A DNA stretch of 45,404 nucleotides from a virus (taxonomy: Duplodnaviria > Caudoviricetes): the IMG/VR virus record IMGVR_UViG_3300031227_000097, positions 1-45,404 of that record. One strand, 5' to 3'. A model generated the notes under the pieces. It was not told the origin of the DNA. It was given only the letters and a program-made list of their open reading frames with translations, and did not search any database. The position numbers and the translations under genes are program-made. Below are positions 26,379 through 36,236 of the stretch, one piece after another; position 1 is the stretch's first letter, and every line of letters starts with the position of its first letter.

Positions 26379-29089
26379 CAGTAGAACAGAAAACATATCT
26401 AATAAACGTAAAGGATAACTTAGATAAATATGCTAAGAGGGCGGTTGATGCTGATAAGGCTGTAACGAAATTCGTGGAGGCAAATAAGAAGTTACTCGCC
26501 TCAGGAGATAAGAGCAGTAAGGAATATCAGAAAGCAGCATCAGAGCTAAGACGTTTGCAGAAGGAAAGGAAAGACGAAAAGAAACAACTTGACCTTGCCA
26601 CACAGGCGTATAATGCAAATACGAATAGTCGGAAGCAGCTTAACGCTATGGTTACTTTAGAGCAGAGAAGATTAGGTGCTTTATCGAATACAATATCTGT
26701 TAACTCGAAAGGTGTACGGGTACTATCACAGGAATATATCAATCAGGTCAAAGCCTTATCACAGGCGAAGGGTGCTGTTATAGCTTACGATCAGGCTCAG
26801 AAAGATGGTCGAAGTAACGTAGGTAGGTATTCTCAGTCACTAGTTGGGATGGGTAAGAACCTCTTACAGACGATGGGGATATTTACGTCTGCTGCGATAG
26901 TAGTTCGGGCATTCTTTAACGTAATTAAAAAAGGATTTAAGACGACATGGGAATTTGAGAAAGCAATGTCAATGGTTCGAGCAATCACAGGAGCGACAGC
27001 AGATGAAATAGAGAGATTAACAAAAAGTGCTATTACATTAGGTAGTGCAACAAAATTTACAGCGACAGAAGTTGCAGGACTGCAAAAAGAATATGCGAAA
27101 CTAGGATTTTCAACAGACGAGATATTGGCGATAACACAAGCAACACTTGATCTTGCCGCCGCAACAGGAAGCGACCTCGGGCAAGCATCACAAGTTGCCG
27201 GGGCTACCTTGAGACAATTTGCCCTTGACGCAACTCAAATGCAGAGGGTTGTCGATGTAATGGCAAAATCATTCAGCACCTCTGCCCTTGATATGCAAAA
27301 GTTTCAAGACTCAATGAAATCGGCTGGCCCTGTAGCTGCTGCTGTCGGAGAGACAGTTGAAAGCACAACAGCTAAATTAGGAATTCTCGCCAATGCCGGA
27401 CTCGATGCCAGTACCTCGGGAACATCTTTAAGAAACATATTTCTCAGATTAGCAAAAGCCGGATTGACATGGGATCAAGCAATGAAAAAAGTCGCCGGAT
27501 CAGAAGACAAAGCATCAACAGCCCTCAAATTATTTGGAGTAAGATCAGCAACTGCTGCGCTTATCTTAGCTGATAGTAGCGAAGCACTAGAGGATTACAA
27601 TACTGAATTACTTGATGTAATAGGGACAAGCAAAGAAATGTCAACGATCATGTTAGATAATGTTGCGGGATCAATGACGAAACTTAGTTCAGCATGGGAG
27701 GGTTTAACATTAAGGATTAACGAGTCAAGCGGAGCGATGAAGGTAGCCATTGACTTAATGACTGATATAGTTAGCGTATCCGGCACACTAGGGAAAGGGC
27801 AACAGGATTTTGCGGCTCTTGTAGATGTAAAACAGATTGAAACCTTTTCAGATAAATTGGGAGTATATGCCAAGATCGGAATAGGTAAAGTTGCATCTTA
27901 TATGGCGGCTATTATAACATCTAAAAAACAAGTGTTATTGATAGCACAAGCATTATCAACAGAGGCTAAAGAAGAGTTGGAATGGCAAGAATTCATATCA
28001 AAGGAGAGGGCCAAATTAACGGCAGAGGAAAAGGAGCGTAAAAAGAAAGAATTACAGGATATTGAGGCATCAGTTGCCGCCGCAAAGGAAGCGGAGGAAG
28101 CAAAAGAAAAAGCTGTTATCGCTGCACAAAAAGCGTTGGAGAAAGAAATCGAATTACATAAAAAGTTAACAGTCGAGAGAAGAAAATATGATGCAGAAAG
28201 TGATCTGGAGGCCAGTACGATTGATCTTGAATTAAAGAGAGATAAGCTATTAAGGGAAACGGAAAACGCTGAGAATATCCTGTTGATATGGGAGAACTAT
28301 TATTCCGCTTTAGAGCAATTACAACAGACGGCAAAAGCTAAGGATATTACGGAAGAGGAAAGGAAGAAACAGGAGGCACTTAATCAGATAGAATGGGAGA
28401 AAAATGCCGAGCTTATTAATCAGCAGAACCTTTTACAGATAAGGCAACTAAGTGGGGATTATGAGTTTGACATTAAGAGAAAGCAGCTAGAGATAAGAGA
28501 ACAAATGGAGCTCGATAGCATTAAAAAGACAGGAGCCGACAGAAAGATAATAGAGGATAAATATGCGGCAGCAAGGATGCAGCTTGAAGAATTAGAGGCG
28601 CAGGCGAAACTTGATTTATATGCTGGTTTTGCAGGTAATCTGGCTACGATATTTGGTAAGAATACAGCGATAGGGAAAGCAGCAGCAGTAGCTTCCGCAG
28701 CTATATCAACCTATCAGGCAGCGAACCTTGCTCTGGCTACTTATCCACCACCCTTTAGTTTCATAGCAGCAGCAGCAGCAATCGTCTCAGGATTAGCTAA
28801 TGTAAAGAAGATAGTAGAAATTAAGTCAGGATTGCCGGGGGAGGATAGCGTATCTGCTCCGACAGTTATAACGAATATGGTATCAAGGCAGATAGCACCG
28901 AGGGCGAACATATTTACGCAGCCTCAGTTATCACAGGAGCAGTTAAACGCTGTGCCTAACGAGGGTATATTAACGGCAGAGGATATCGCAGAGGCAGTAA
29001 GCAAGCTCCCTAATCCTATCGTATCGGTTGAAGATATTAACGCAAGAACGCAGGAGGTTGAGAAAGTGGAAGTACAGGCAAATATATAA
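26375..29089 (+). CDS. Tape measure protein (TP901-type core)
   Basis: FEKAMSMVRAITGAT...TKFTATEVA...ATLDLAAATG...GTSLRNIF; long coiled coil; GLANVKKI. Confidence 0.9.
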   Translation: MAVEQKTYLINVKDNLDKYAKRAVDADKAVTKFVEANKKLLASGDKSSKEYQKAASELRRLQKERKDEKKQLDLATQAYNANTNSRKQLNAMVTLEQRRLGALSNTISVNSKGVRVLSQEYINQVKALSQAKGAVIAYDQAQKDGRSNVGRYSQSLVGMGKNLLQTMGIFTSAAIVVRAFFNVIKKGFKTTWEFEKAMSMVRAITGATADEIERLTKSAITLGSATKFTATEVAGLQKEYAKLGFSTDEILAITQATLDLAAATGSDLGQASQVAGATLRQFALDATQMQRVVDVMAKSFSTSALDMQKFQDSMKSAGPVAAAVGETVESTTAKLGILANAGLDASTSGTSLRNIFLRLAKAGLTWDQAMKKVAGSEDKASTALKLFGVRSATAALILADSSEALEDYNTELLDVIGTSKEMSTIMLDNVAGSMTKLSSAWEGLTLRINESSGAMKVAIDLMTDIVSVSGTLGKGQQDFAALVDVKQIETFSDKLGVYAKIGIGKVASYMAAIITSKKQVLLIAQALSTEAKEELEWQEFISKERAKLTAEEKERKKKELQDIEASVAAAKEAEEAKEKAVIAAQKALEKEIELHKKLTVERRKYDAESDLEASTIDLELKRDKLLRETENAENILLIWENYYSALEQLQQTAKAKDITEEERKKQEALNQIEWEKNAELINQQNLLQIRQLSGDYEFDIKRKQLEIREQMELDSIKKTGADRKIIEDKYAAARMQLEELEAQAKLDLYAGFAGNLATIFGKNTAIGKAAAVASAAISTYQAANLALATYPPPFSFIAAAAAIVSGLANVKKIVEIKSGLPGEDSVSAPTVITNMVSRQIAPRANIFTQPQLSQEQLNAVPNEGILTAEDIAEAVSKLPNPIVSVEDINARTQEVEKVEVQANI

Positions 29090-29091
29090 TT

Positions 29092-29322
29092 ATGACTCTA
29101 TTTTATTACATTAATAAAAACCTTGACCGGATAAAGTATGACGTTAAAATAGGATTAATCTCTTACGGAATATTAAGAGATATGCAGATATACAGCCGTT
29201 ATGATTATTACAAGAAACTCGGAAATAATAACAGCAAGGCAGTGTTATTTACTGCTGATAGCTTAGGGATTAATGAAAGACGAGTTTATTACCTTATTAA
29301 AAAGATGGAGGATGAAATATGA
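29092..29322 (+). CDS. Small HTH DNA-binding protein
   Basis: AVLFTADSLGINERRVYYLIKKME. Confidence 0.7.
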   Translation: MTLFYYINKNLDRIKYDVKIGLISYGILRDMQIYSRYDYYKKLGNNNSKAVLFTADSLGINERRVYYLIKKMEDEI

Positions 29323-30080
29323 AAGTTCTATTTTATCCTGATGCCGGAATACAACACAGAGGACATTCGCTGAGCAAAACCATAAGATATTTCAAGATAC
29401 TTGGATATAAAATAACCAATGATATAAATTCTGATTGGGATATAGGAGTTCATTGGAATTATAAAGATATTAACAAAACACCCGATATACTGCTAAATGA
29501 CAGTAGATTAGTATTAAATAAAAATGTTAATAACGTAACTAAATCATACGTTGATAAAATCTTTACAGAAGTTTTTGGATATAGCAGTTTAGCAGATACG
29601 AATAAATTTGGATATTGTGTAAGGAAATCAGAAAGGCAATCAGCGCATGATGGGGTAATTACCCGGATGCCTTGTGAGAAACAGCCCGGGTATGTTTATC
29701 AGTTATTCCTTGATAATAGGATGTCACGTAACATGGTTTATGATATACGGATTATCTATATGCTTGGAAATATTTATCAAGTTGTTCTTAAGGGCCGTTT
29801 AGTAGAGGGTACATTTGAAAATACATTATCGAAACAAAAAAAATACTGGATTGATCAGGTTGAAAATTGGCTTACTAAATATGAGATAAAGAAAATTAAG
29901 TTATTTTGTGAAACCTTTGGGCTTGATATTGGAGAATTAGATGGTATAAGGGATAACAGTACGGGTAAATTATTTATAATTGATGTGAACAACCTGCCCG
30001 GATCGGGTTTATATAATAATGTAAAAAATGAAAAAGAAGTTGAACTAAAACTTGCTATGTATTTAAAATCTTTAATATAA
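29319..30080 (+). CDS. ATP-grasp-fold ligase-like protein
   Basis: VRKS, YVYQLFL, YDIRI, GLDIGELD.IRD..TGKLFIIDVNNLPG. Confidence 0.65.
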   Translation: MKVLFYPDAGIQHRGHSLSKTIRYFKILGYKITNDINSDWDIGVHWNYKDINKTPDILLNDSRLVLNKNVNNVTKSYVDKIFTEVFGYSSLADTNKFGYCVRKSERQSAHDGVITRMPCEKQPGYVYQLFLDNRMSRNMVYDIRIIYMLGNIYQVVLKGRLVEGTFENTLSKQKKYWIDQVENWLTKYEIKKIKLFCETFGLDIGELDGIRDNSTGKLFIIDVNNLPGSGLYNNVKNEKEVELKLAMYLKSLI

Positions 30081-30664
30081 TGAAACCCGAAGAATTTGAA
30101 ATTGTAGAATATAGATTTGCAGAGCCAACAGATAAATATGATAATAAATATTTAGATAACTGGTCGAGACCTTATGAATATAAATTTGTTATGGATTTTA
30201 TCTTGGAGCATAAGCAAGAAGGGATGAAAATACATAATACATCATGCGGAGGTCATCATAATGTGCATATTATATTCAGGGATGAATTAGATAAAATTGG
30301 AGATTGTATCCACTCAGATGTTAAAATGTCTCCAAGAAGGGCAATACAGCATTATAATATTACTCATGAAAGTAGTCTCTTCATAAATAAATTCGACTTT
30401 GTTTTAAATATATCTACGATAGAACATCTGCCTGATAATAGATTAACAGCGATAGAAAATTTATTTAAGCAGGCGAAAGCAGGAGGTTATTTAATTATTA
30501 CGTTTGATTATCCGGGAATGAAAATTACAGCCTTACAGCCTTTATTAAAAGCGACCTGTGTGAAGCCCCGGATATGTTTAACAGGAGATACCTCAGTCAG
30601 TCCTAATAGTAAAACTATACCCAGACATGAAATTGTGTTCTTGGTAATAAAAAAATTAAGATGA
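30080..30664 (+). CDS. Class I SAM-dependent methyltransferase-like protein
   Basis: SRPYEY, FDFVLNISTIEH, AGGYLIITFD; motif I degenerate. Confidence 0.7.
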   Translation: MKPEEFEIVEYRFAEPTDKYDNKYLDNWSRPYEYKFVMDFILEHKQEGMKIHNTSCGGHHNVHIIFRDELDKIGDCIHSDVKMSPRRAIQHYNITHESSLFINKFDFVLNISTIEHLPDNRLTAIENLFKQAKAGGYLIITFDYPGMKITALQPLLKATCVKPRICLTGDTSVSPNSKTIPRHEIVFLVIKKLR

Positions 30665-31581
30665 AAGATATTGCAATATTCGCAGAAGAAAGTTCGCTAT
30701 TCGCCTCTCCTTTTTTAGCAGATGCGCTAGACTGCCCTCTTTATGTTAAATTACCACAATATAATAATCTTATGGGTGGCGGGAGAAAAGGAATACACTA
30801 TGATGGAGGGAAGGCAATCAAAGAAAAAAATCTTATTATAGTAGGTGTTTCCGCTTTATTATCAATAGCTGATATGATCGGGAGGTTTAAAAGTGTGTCT
30901 GTAATATTTTCTGATAGCCTTTGCGCATCAGAATATTTGACATGGAATAAGATAGTAGATAAATATAAGATACCTGTTTATATTATGCCGGGACTTATTC
31001 CGTATTGTAATGGAGATTATATCCCGGTTTATCAAACTATAAAAACTATTTTCCCTGTTGGTACTAAGCCTTCAGATAGAATAGTGATCGCTCATTCTCC
31101 GAGGGATTCAGTCAAGAGGCAGGTCAAAGGAACGCCTTATATTATTAAAGTTATTGATGATCTGAAAAATAAATATCCGATAGAACTATTATTGATTACT
31201 AACAAGACAATCAAAGAGTGTATTCAATTAAAAAGCAAAGCACATATTTTTATAGATCAGATAGTTTACGGTAATAAAGAAATACCACAAGGCCGGTTCG
31301 GTGGAAAGATACGATATGAAGGTGATTTAAGTAAGTCAGGACAGGAAGCAATGATACTCGGCTGTTGTACTATTACGGGAGCAGTAAAGCCTGATACCTC
31401 CAGATACTTCCCCTGTCCTCCGGTAATATGGACATCATATAACGATTTCCCTAATGACTTAGAAAAAACAATACAAGACACAGCATACAGGAATAAAAAG
31501 GCTGAAGAACAAATGATGTGGGCAAGGGAATATTTAAGCTCAGAATTTGTAGCAAAACATATTACACAGCATATCAAATGA
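30661..31581 (+). CDS. GT-B (GT4-like) glycosyltransferase
   Basis: IAHSP...KGTPYI...AHIFIDQI...SGQEAMILG. Confidence 0.7.
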   Translation: MKDIAIFAEESSLFASPFLADALDCPLYVKLPQYNNLMGGGRKGIHYDGGKAIKEKNLIIVGVSALLSIADMIGRFKSVSVIFSDSLCASEYLTWNKIVDKYKIPVYIMPGLIPYCNGDYIPVYQTIKTIFPVGTKPSDRIVIAHSPRDSVKRQVKGTPYIIKVIDDLKNKYPIELLLITNKTIKECIQLKSKAHIFIDQIVYGNKEIPQGRFGGKIRYEGDLSKSGQEAMILGCCTITGAVKPDTSRYFPCPPVIWTSYNDFPNDLEKTIQDTAYRNKKAEEQMMWAREYLSSEFVAKHITQHIK

Positions 31582-32237
31582 AAAGTATAGCAGTCTATAC
31601 AGTTTTGATTGGTGCTTTCGATACGTTAAAGTCTGTTAACCCGGAATTCAAAAAAGAGGCAGACTTTTATCTTATCACAAATCAAGATATAAGAACGCAA
31701 GATTATATTATTAATAAGGTGGTTGTTCATAGAGATAACAGGAGGGCATCAAGGAAATATAAGTTTAATCCTCATATATATTTACCCGGATATAAATACA
31801 CAATATATCTGGATGGCTCAATAGAACTTCTTGAATCACCTCTGATGCTTGTAAATAAATACCTTAAGCATCATAATATTGCAGTCTTAAAACATCCTTG
31901 GAGAGATTGTATATACGATGAATTAGTGGAGTGCAGGAGATTAGGATTAATAGGGAGGAAGGGATCAGGGAAGCATGAAACATTTTTACGCATGGCGGGA
32001 TATCCTGTTAATAATGGATTAACGGAGAATGGAGTAATGATCCGAAGAAAATGTGTAGAAAACGCAAGGCTTTCTTCGTTATGGTATGAGATTTATAATA
32101 TATACACTCAGAGGGATCAGCTTAGTTTTTGTTTTTGTACTTGGAGATTAAATATTAAGTATCAATTAATAGACGGAACGGTAAGAAGAACGAAGAATTA
32201 TGAACCGTCAGAATTTTTATATCACCCGCACTTATGA
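31578..32237 (+). CDS. DUF616-like GT-A glycosyltransferase
   Basis: AVYTVLIGAFD, KFNPH.YLP.Y..TIYLDG, HPWRDCIYDE, RDQLSF; probable start 31578. Confidence 0.8.
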   Translation: MKSIAVYTVLIGAFDTLKSVNPEFKKEADFYLITNQDIRTQDYIINKVVVHRDNRRASRKYKFNPHIYLPGYKYTIYLDGSIELLESPLMLVNKYLKHHNIAVLKHPWRDCIYDELVECRRLGLIGRKGSGKHETFLRMAGYPVNNGLTENGVMIRRKCVENARLSSLWYEIYNIYTQRDQLSFCFCTWRLNIKYQLIDGTVRRTKNYEPSEFLYHPHL

Positions 32238-32995
32238 TAGCACTAATCACACCAACCGGAGCCAGAAGAGATCAATTTCTCTTATGTCAGAAATTCATGG
32301 AACGTCAAACCTACAAAGGGGAGGTAGTATGGGTTATTGTTGATGATGCCATACCTGTTACCACTAACTCGATTGAAAGTAATTTTAAAAGAGATTGGGG
32401 ATTATTAAGGATATTCCCGAAGCCTGCATGGGCAGGGAAAAATACTCAGGCTCGAAATCTTAAGGCAGGAATAGATTATATAAAGCTAGCCTTTAAAAAG
32501 GATGATATTAAAGCGATATTCATTATTGAAGATGATGATTATTATAAGCCGGAGTATCTTCAGAAGATGATGAATAGACTTGGTAGATTTCATATCATTG
32601 GGGAAACACTCACGATCTATTATAACGTGCAGTGGAGAAGATATGCAAAGAATAATAACAGGAGCTATGCGAGTTTATTTCAGACAGCTTTTACGTGGGA
32701 TGCAATACCTGCTTTTGAGGCTTGTTATAATCATAAATTTATTGACGGAGCATTTTGGAAATTGGTTACGAATAGAATGTTATTTTTCGATAACTATATT
32801 TCTATTGGTATGAAAGGTATGCCGGGAAGAGGAGGGATAGGGGCAGGACATAGGATGGGAATGCAAATGTCAGGCGATATAAACATGAACTTTTTACAAA
32901 AATTAATAGGGAAAGATGATGCAAAATTCTATGAAAGATATCACAGGGATAGTCGTCAGTCACAATACGATATCCTTACTCACAAACGCACTTAA
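32234..32995 (+). CDS. GT2-like glycosyltransferase
   Basis: ALITPTG.R, RQTY, IVDD, IIEDDDYY. Confidence 0.8.
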   Translation: MIALITPTGARRDQFLLCQKFMERQTYKGEVVWVIVDDAIPVTTNSIESNFKRDWGLLRIFPKPAWAGKNTQARNLKAGIDYIKLAFKKDDIKAIFIIEDDDYYKPEYLQKMMNRLGRFHIIGETLTIYYNVQWRRYAKNNNRSYASLFQTAFTWDAIPAFEACYNHKFIDGAFWKLVTNRMLFFDNYISIGMKGMPGRGGIGAGHRMGMQMSGDINMNFLQKLIGKDDAKFYERYHRDSRQSQYDILTHKRT

Positions 32996-33644
32996 TTCAG
33001 TTAGGAAATTTCACTCGGATATGCAGATTATAATTATTGATGGTTCTGATCCTGACGATCCATGCCGGGAATATGTTAAAGGATTAGCCTCTGATATTAC
33101 TACCGTAGGACTCGCTAAAGGGAATATCGGGCATGGCAGGGGAATGGACACAGCAATACGGATGTGCAAAACAAAATATGCTTTAATATTCGATTCAGAT
33201 ATTAGAATGGTTAAGAGCCCTGTTGAAAAGATGTTAATAATGATGGAGCCAGATACCTATGCTGTTGGTTATATAGAGAAAACAGGTTATGATGGTTTTG
33301 AGTATGGAGCAAAGGCACAACATAAAAACCAACCATATATGATGATGATGCACCCTTTCTTTCATTTATTACAGGTAAGTGAGTATTTTAAGTTTCATCC
33401 TTACATTACACACGGAGCCCCTTGTTATAAGGCTGCTTTAGATATCCATCGTAGAGGATTAACTGAAAAGATATGTAAGCGATTTCCCGGATTAGGACAT
33501 ACAGCAGGCAAGGGGTTTTGTTGGGTTAAGGTTCCCGGAAAATGGGTAATACATCATACAGCCGGAACTAGAAAAATGAGAAGGGATAAAGGATTGCCAG
33601 AGATAGAACCCGGATGGGATCGAACACCATTACCTGAAATTTAA
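32931..33644 (+). CDS. GT2-like glycosyltransferase
   Basis: IVVSHN, IIIDGS, NIGHGRGMD, ALIFDSD; probable start 32931. Confidence 0.85.
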   Translation: MKDITGIVVSHNTISLLTNALNSVRKFHSDMQIIIIDGSDPDDPCREYVKGLASDITTVGLAKGNIGHGRGMDTAIRMCKTKYALIFDSDIRMVKSPVEKMLIMMEPDTYAVGYIEKTGYDGFEYGAKAQHKNQPYMMMMHPFFHLLQVSEYFKFHPYITHGAPCYKAALDIHRRGLTEKICKRFPGLGHTAGKGFCWVKVPGKWVIHHTAGTRKMRRDKGLPEIEPGWDRTPLPEI

Positions 33645-34085
33645 TAATGCAAATTCGCCAAACAGTTCTTTTGCTTTATTGTCGTATGCTTTTGCAGCTT
33701 CTATATTAGTTTTAAAATTGCCTATATGAATATTTTTATTGTTAAATTTAATGCGTGCCCTAAAATGATTCCACTCTTTGTAAACACCTTTAAATTCCTT
33801 TCTCTTCCCATACTTATTGGCTTGATTTTGGGAATTAGTGCAAAGTCTGATATTATTCCTTCTATTATCCAGTCCGTCATGATCTTTGTGGTCTACAAGA
33901 ATACCGTCAGGTGCATTAAGAATAACTCTATGCATCCTAATACGCTTCCCTGTTTTTTGATCTTTCCTTATAGCATAAATATATTTTCTATCAATATAAA
34001 CATACCATTTCCATTGATTCAGAAAATCAAAATCTTTATCATCGACTTGTGTAACAAATCCTTTGGTGAGTGCGATTTTTCTCAT
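33630..34085 (-). CDS. HNH-AP2 homing endonuclease
   Basis: MHRVIL...VDHKDHDGLDNRRNNIRLCT.SQN; FKGV...ARI...HIGNF..NIEAAKAYD..AKELFGEFA. Confidence 0.9.
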   Translation of the reverse strand: MRKIALTKGFVTQVDDKDFDFLNQWKWYVYIDRKYIYAIRKDQKTGKRIRMHRVILNAPDGILVDHKDHDGLDNRRNNIRLCTNSQNQANKYGKRKEFKGVYKEWNHFRARIKFNNKNIHIGNFKTNIEAAKAYDNKAKELFGEFALLNFR

Positions 34086-34294
34086 TTACATAAGGAATTT
34101 AAAAAATTATTTGCTGCTTCATTCGCAATAATATGAATGTCAAGCGCAGTAAGATATTGTTTTTTATTCTTCCTTTTAAAATGATAGGCAGAATCGCTAA
34201 ATGCTACTGCAATATTTGCTTGCCAGCCAATGCGATAGGAAGGATCAGTTTTCATTACATGAGTTACGTGCTTCATTGCTTCTTTTGTTGTCAT
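34082..34294 (-). CDS. Hypothetical protein co-transcribed with HNH-AP2
   Basis: Probable start 34294 (MTTKEAM...YRIGWQANIAVAF); overlaps the HNH-AP2 start. Confidence 0.65.
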   Translation of the reverse strand: MTTKEAMKHVTHVMKTDPSYRIGWQANIAVAFSDSAYHFKRKNKKQYLTALDIHIIANEAANNFLNSLCK

Positions 34295-34316
34295 GATTTC
34301 TAATATTAGTGTAATG

Positions 34317-34347
34317 CAAAAATACAAATAATTATAATAAATACAAA
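34317..34347 (-). promoter_or_regulatory. Consensus Bacteroidota promoter (reverse strand)
   Basis: Minus strand reads TTTG-N19-TATTTTTG, 22 nt before ATG 34294. Confidence 0.75.
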
Positions 34348-34350
34348 ATA

Positions 34351-34872
34351 ATGAATAAGAGAGTAGCAGTACTCGGAACCGGGCCATCTATTAAATTATT
34401 CAATAAGATAGCTCATGTATTTGATACCATAATAGGAGTCAATGATATATGGAAATTCTATAAGACAGATGCTATTGTCTGTCTCGATAAGCCGAGAAGA
34501 TTTACTCCTGATAGATTGAAGATAATAAACGAGAGCAATCCAGATGCCTTTTATAGTCAGATAGTAGTATGGGATGAACGACCGGATTTTAAGAAGATAC
34601 ATATTCGCCCCGGTTATCCTGACGGGATTTGCATACTCGATGGGACGAACTATCAGAAGTCCTATTGCTCTCCTTACGTTGCTGTTCAAGTTGCTCTTTA
34701 TGAATATGCAGCTACCGAAATTCATTTATTCGGAGTCGATTTAGTGGATCATCCTAAACTTGATAAAGCACTCTGCGCAGATATAAAGATTCATTTCTCC
34801 CACCTAAAGAAAGCCTTAAGCGCAAAAGGCTGTCAGTTAATAGTATATGGCAGTGGAATTCTTACTGCATAA
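34351..34872 (+). CDS. Sialyltransferase-like / Maf-type (GT42/GT29/DUF115-like) transferase
   Basis: VAVLGTGPSI, IIGVND, S..VAVQVA....ATEIHLFGVD. Confidence 0.6.
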   Translation: MNKRVAVLGTGPSIKLFNKIAHVFDTIIGVNDIWKFYKTDAIVCLDKPRRFTPDRLKIINESNPDAFYSQIVVWDERPDFKKIHIRPGYPDGICILDGTNYQKSYCSPYVAVQVALYEYAATEIHLFGVDLVDHPKLDKALCADIKIHFSHLKKALSAKGCQLIVYGSGILTA

Positions 34873-34912
34873 AATTTGTCAGTAGTTTAACGGGATTTAT
34901 CAAATATCTTTA
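34863..34912 (+). promoter_or_regulatory. Candidate head-module promoter/operator
   Basis: Inverted repeat TACTG-N12-CAGTA (34863-34884), then TATCTTTA (34905-34912). Confidence 0.4.
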
Positions 34913-34934
34913 AGGTCTAATATCTGAAAAGATT

Positions 34935-35087
34935 ATGGAAACAGCACAGATTTTATGCTTTGCTTATGTTCAGTTACCGACTATTCCAATGGAAAGGATT
35001 TTATGGAATGGTGAATATATTATGTATAATCAGGATCATGCTCTTGATAATTACATATATTATGCAGGATTATTTGGATGCGCATAA
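34935..35087 (+). CDS. Small hypothetical protein (50 aa, not in ORF track)
   Basis: METAQILCFAY...GLFGCA; TAATG-coupled to the protease. Confidence 0.45.
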   Translation: METAQILCFAYVQLPTIPMERILWNGEYIMYNQDHALDNYIYYAGLFGCA

Positions 35088-36232
35088 TGGAGGCGGTACT
35101 TAAAATATATGGTGATATTGGCGAGCCTGATCCAGCAATGGAAATTCTCGATGGGATTGAGGTATTTTCAGCTAAAGCGGTTGACGAATTTATTAATGCA
35201 AATAAGGATGCCGACTCACTGACGATACGAATTAACTCTAGAGGAGGAGACGTTCAGGAAGGATGGCTGATCCATGATCTGTTACTTAACTCAGGAAAGC
35301 CAATCAAGACTATTGCAGAGGGGAAGGTTTATTCGATAGCCACTATATTATTTCTTGCCGGAAGCGAAAGAGAGATCATGCAGAACGCAGACGGACAAAT
35401 TCATAATCCTTATATACCTCCTTATACACTCGCAGACAAATATGAATCAGCCGATCTTCAGAAGATAGCTGATGCCTTAAAAGACGAGGAGGCAAAAATT
35501 CTTGATTTCTATGTTAACCAAACAGGAGCAGACGAATCAAAACTAGCAGAGCTTATGAAAGAAGACACCAAGCTATCAGCAGAAGATATGCTCGAACTTG
35601 GATTTGCTACTAAAATTATAGAGCCTATAAAGGCATACGCATATTTTAACACTAAAAATAAATTTATAATGGACAAAGCTGAAGTTAAAACATTCGGACA
35701 GAAACTTGATACTATTCTCGATAGAATCAAAGGTCTATCAAGAGTTGAGACTATTGACCAAACTTTGAAAGATAAGGATGGTAATGAGTTTAAACTTGAT
35801 AAGGAATCTGGCAGTCCTGCGGTTGGCGATTCAGCCTCCCCTGATGGGACGTATGTAATGGAAGGTGGCAAGACTATTACAATAGCTGATGGCAAGGTGA
35901 GTAACGTAAAAGATGAAGACCCTGTCGAGGGAAAGACTGATCTTGAAATTGCCAATGAGAAAATTACTGCACTCGAAGCCGAGAGGGACGAGGCGAATGA
36001 TAAGGTAACAGCTCTTGAAGATGAAAAGCCTGATCTTATTGCCCTTGAGACTGAGGCAAAAGGAAAGCTGACAGAGGCGCAGGGAATTGCAACTGACCTC
36101 AAAGCACTCCAGAACAAATGGAAACCCGAAGGAAGGACAAATTTTAGTTCTGCCGATAAAGTCGGGGATGTTGATATGAACAGAGTCAGGGAGCTAAACA
36201 AAAAACTTGCAGAAACCGAATCTAAATCTTAA
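35087..36232 (+). CDS. ClpP-type prohead protease with C-terminal scaffold-like coiled coil
   Basis: IYGDIG, INSRGGDV, SIATIL, IHNP, LSAEDMLELGFAT; acidic coiled tail. Confidence 0.9.
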   Translation: MEAVLKIYGDIGEPDPAMEILDGIEVFSAKAVDEFINANKDADSLTIRINSRGGDVQEGWLIHDLLLNSGKPIKTIAEGKVYSIATILFLAGSEREIMQNADGQIHNPYIPPYTLADKYESADLQKIADALKDEEAKILDFYVNQTGADESKLAELMKEDTKLSAEDMLELGFATKIIEPIKAYAYFNTKNKFIMDKAEVKTFGQKLDTILDRIKGLSRVETIDQTLKDKDGNEFKLDKESGSPAVGDSASPDGTYVMEGGKTITIADGKVSNVKDEDPVEGKTDLEIANEKITALEAERDEANDKVTALEDEKPDLIALETEAKGKLTEAQGIATDLKALQNKWKPEGRTNFSSADKVGDVDMNRVRELNKKLAETESKS

Positions 36233-36236
36233 AAAT

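Noticed and set aside
29319-34872. DNA hypermodification as the primary role of the GT cluster
   Set aside because: Not excluded but disfavoured: late structural location, no base-hydroxymethylating enzyme, and strong CCWGG avoidance suggests the DNA remains exposed to restriction
34863-34884. LexA SOS box
   Set aside because: The spacer between CTG and CAG is 12 nt rather than 10, and the E. coli-type box is not expected in Bacteroidota
35509-36201. 230-aa reverse-strand ORF and other antisense or alternate-frame ORFs in the track
   Set aside because: They shadow well-supported genes and have Ser/Phe/Leu-rich antisense composition with no motifs; 33726-34136 (+) is likewise the shadow of HNH-AP2
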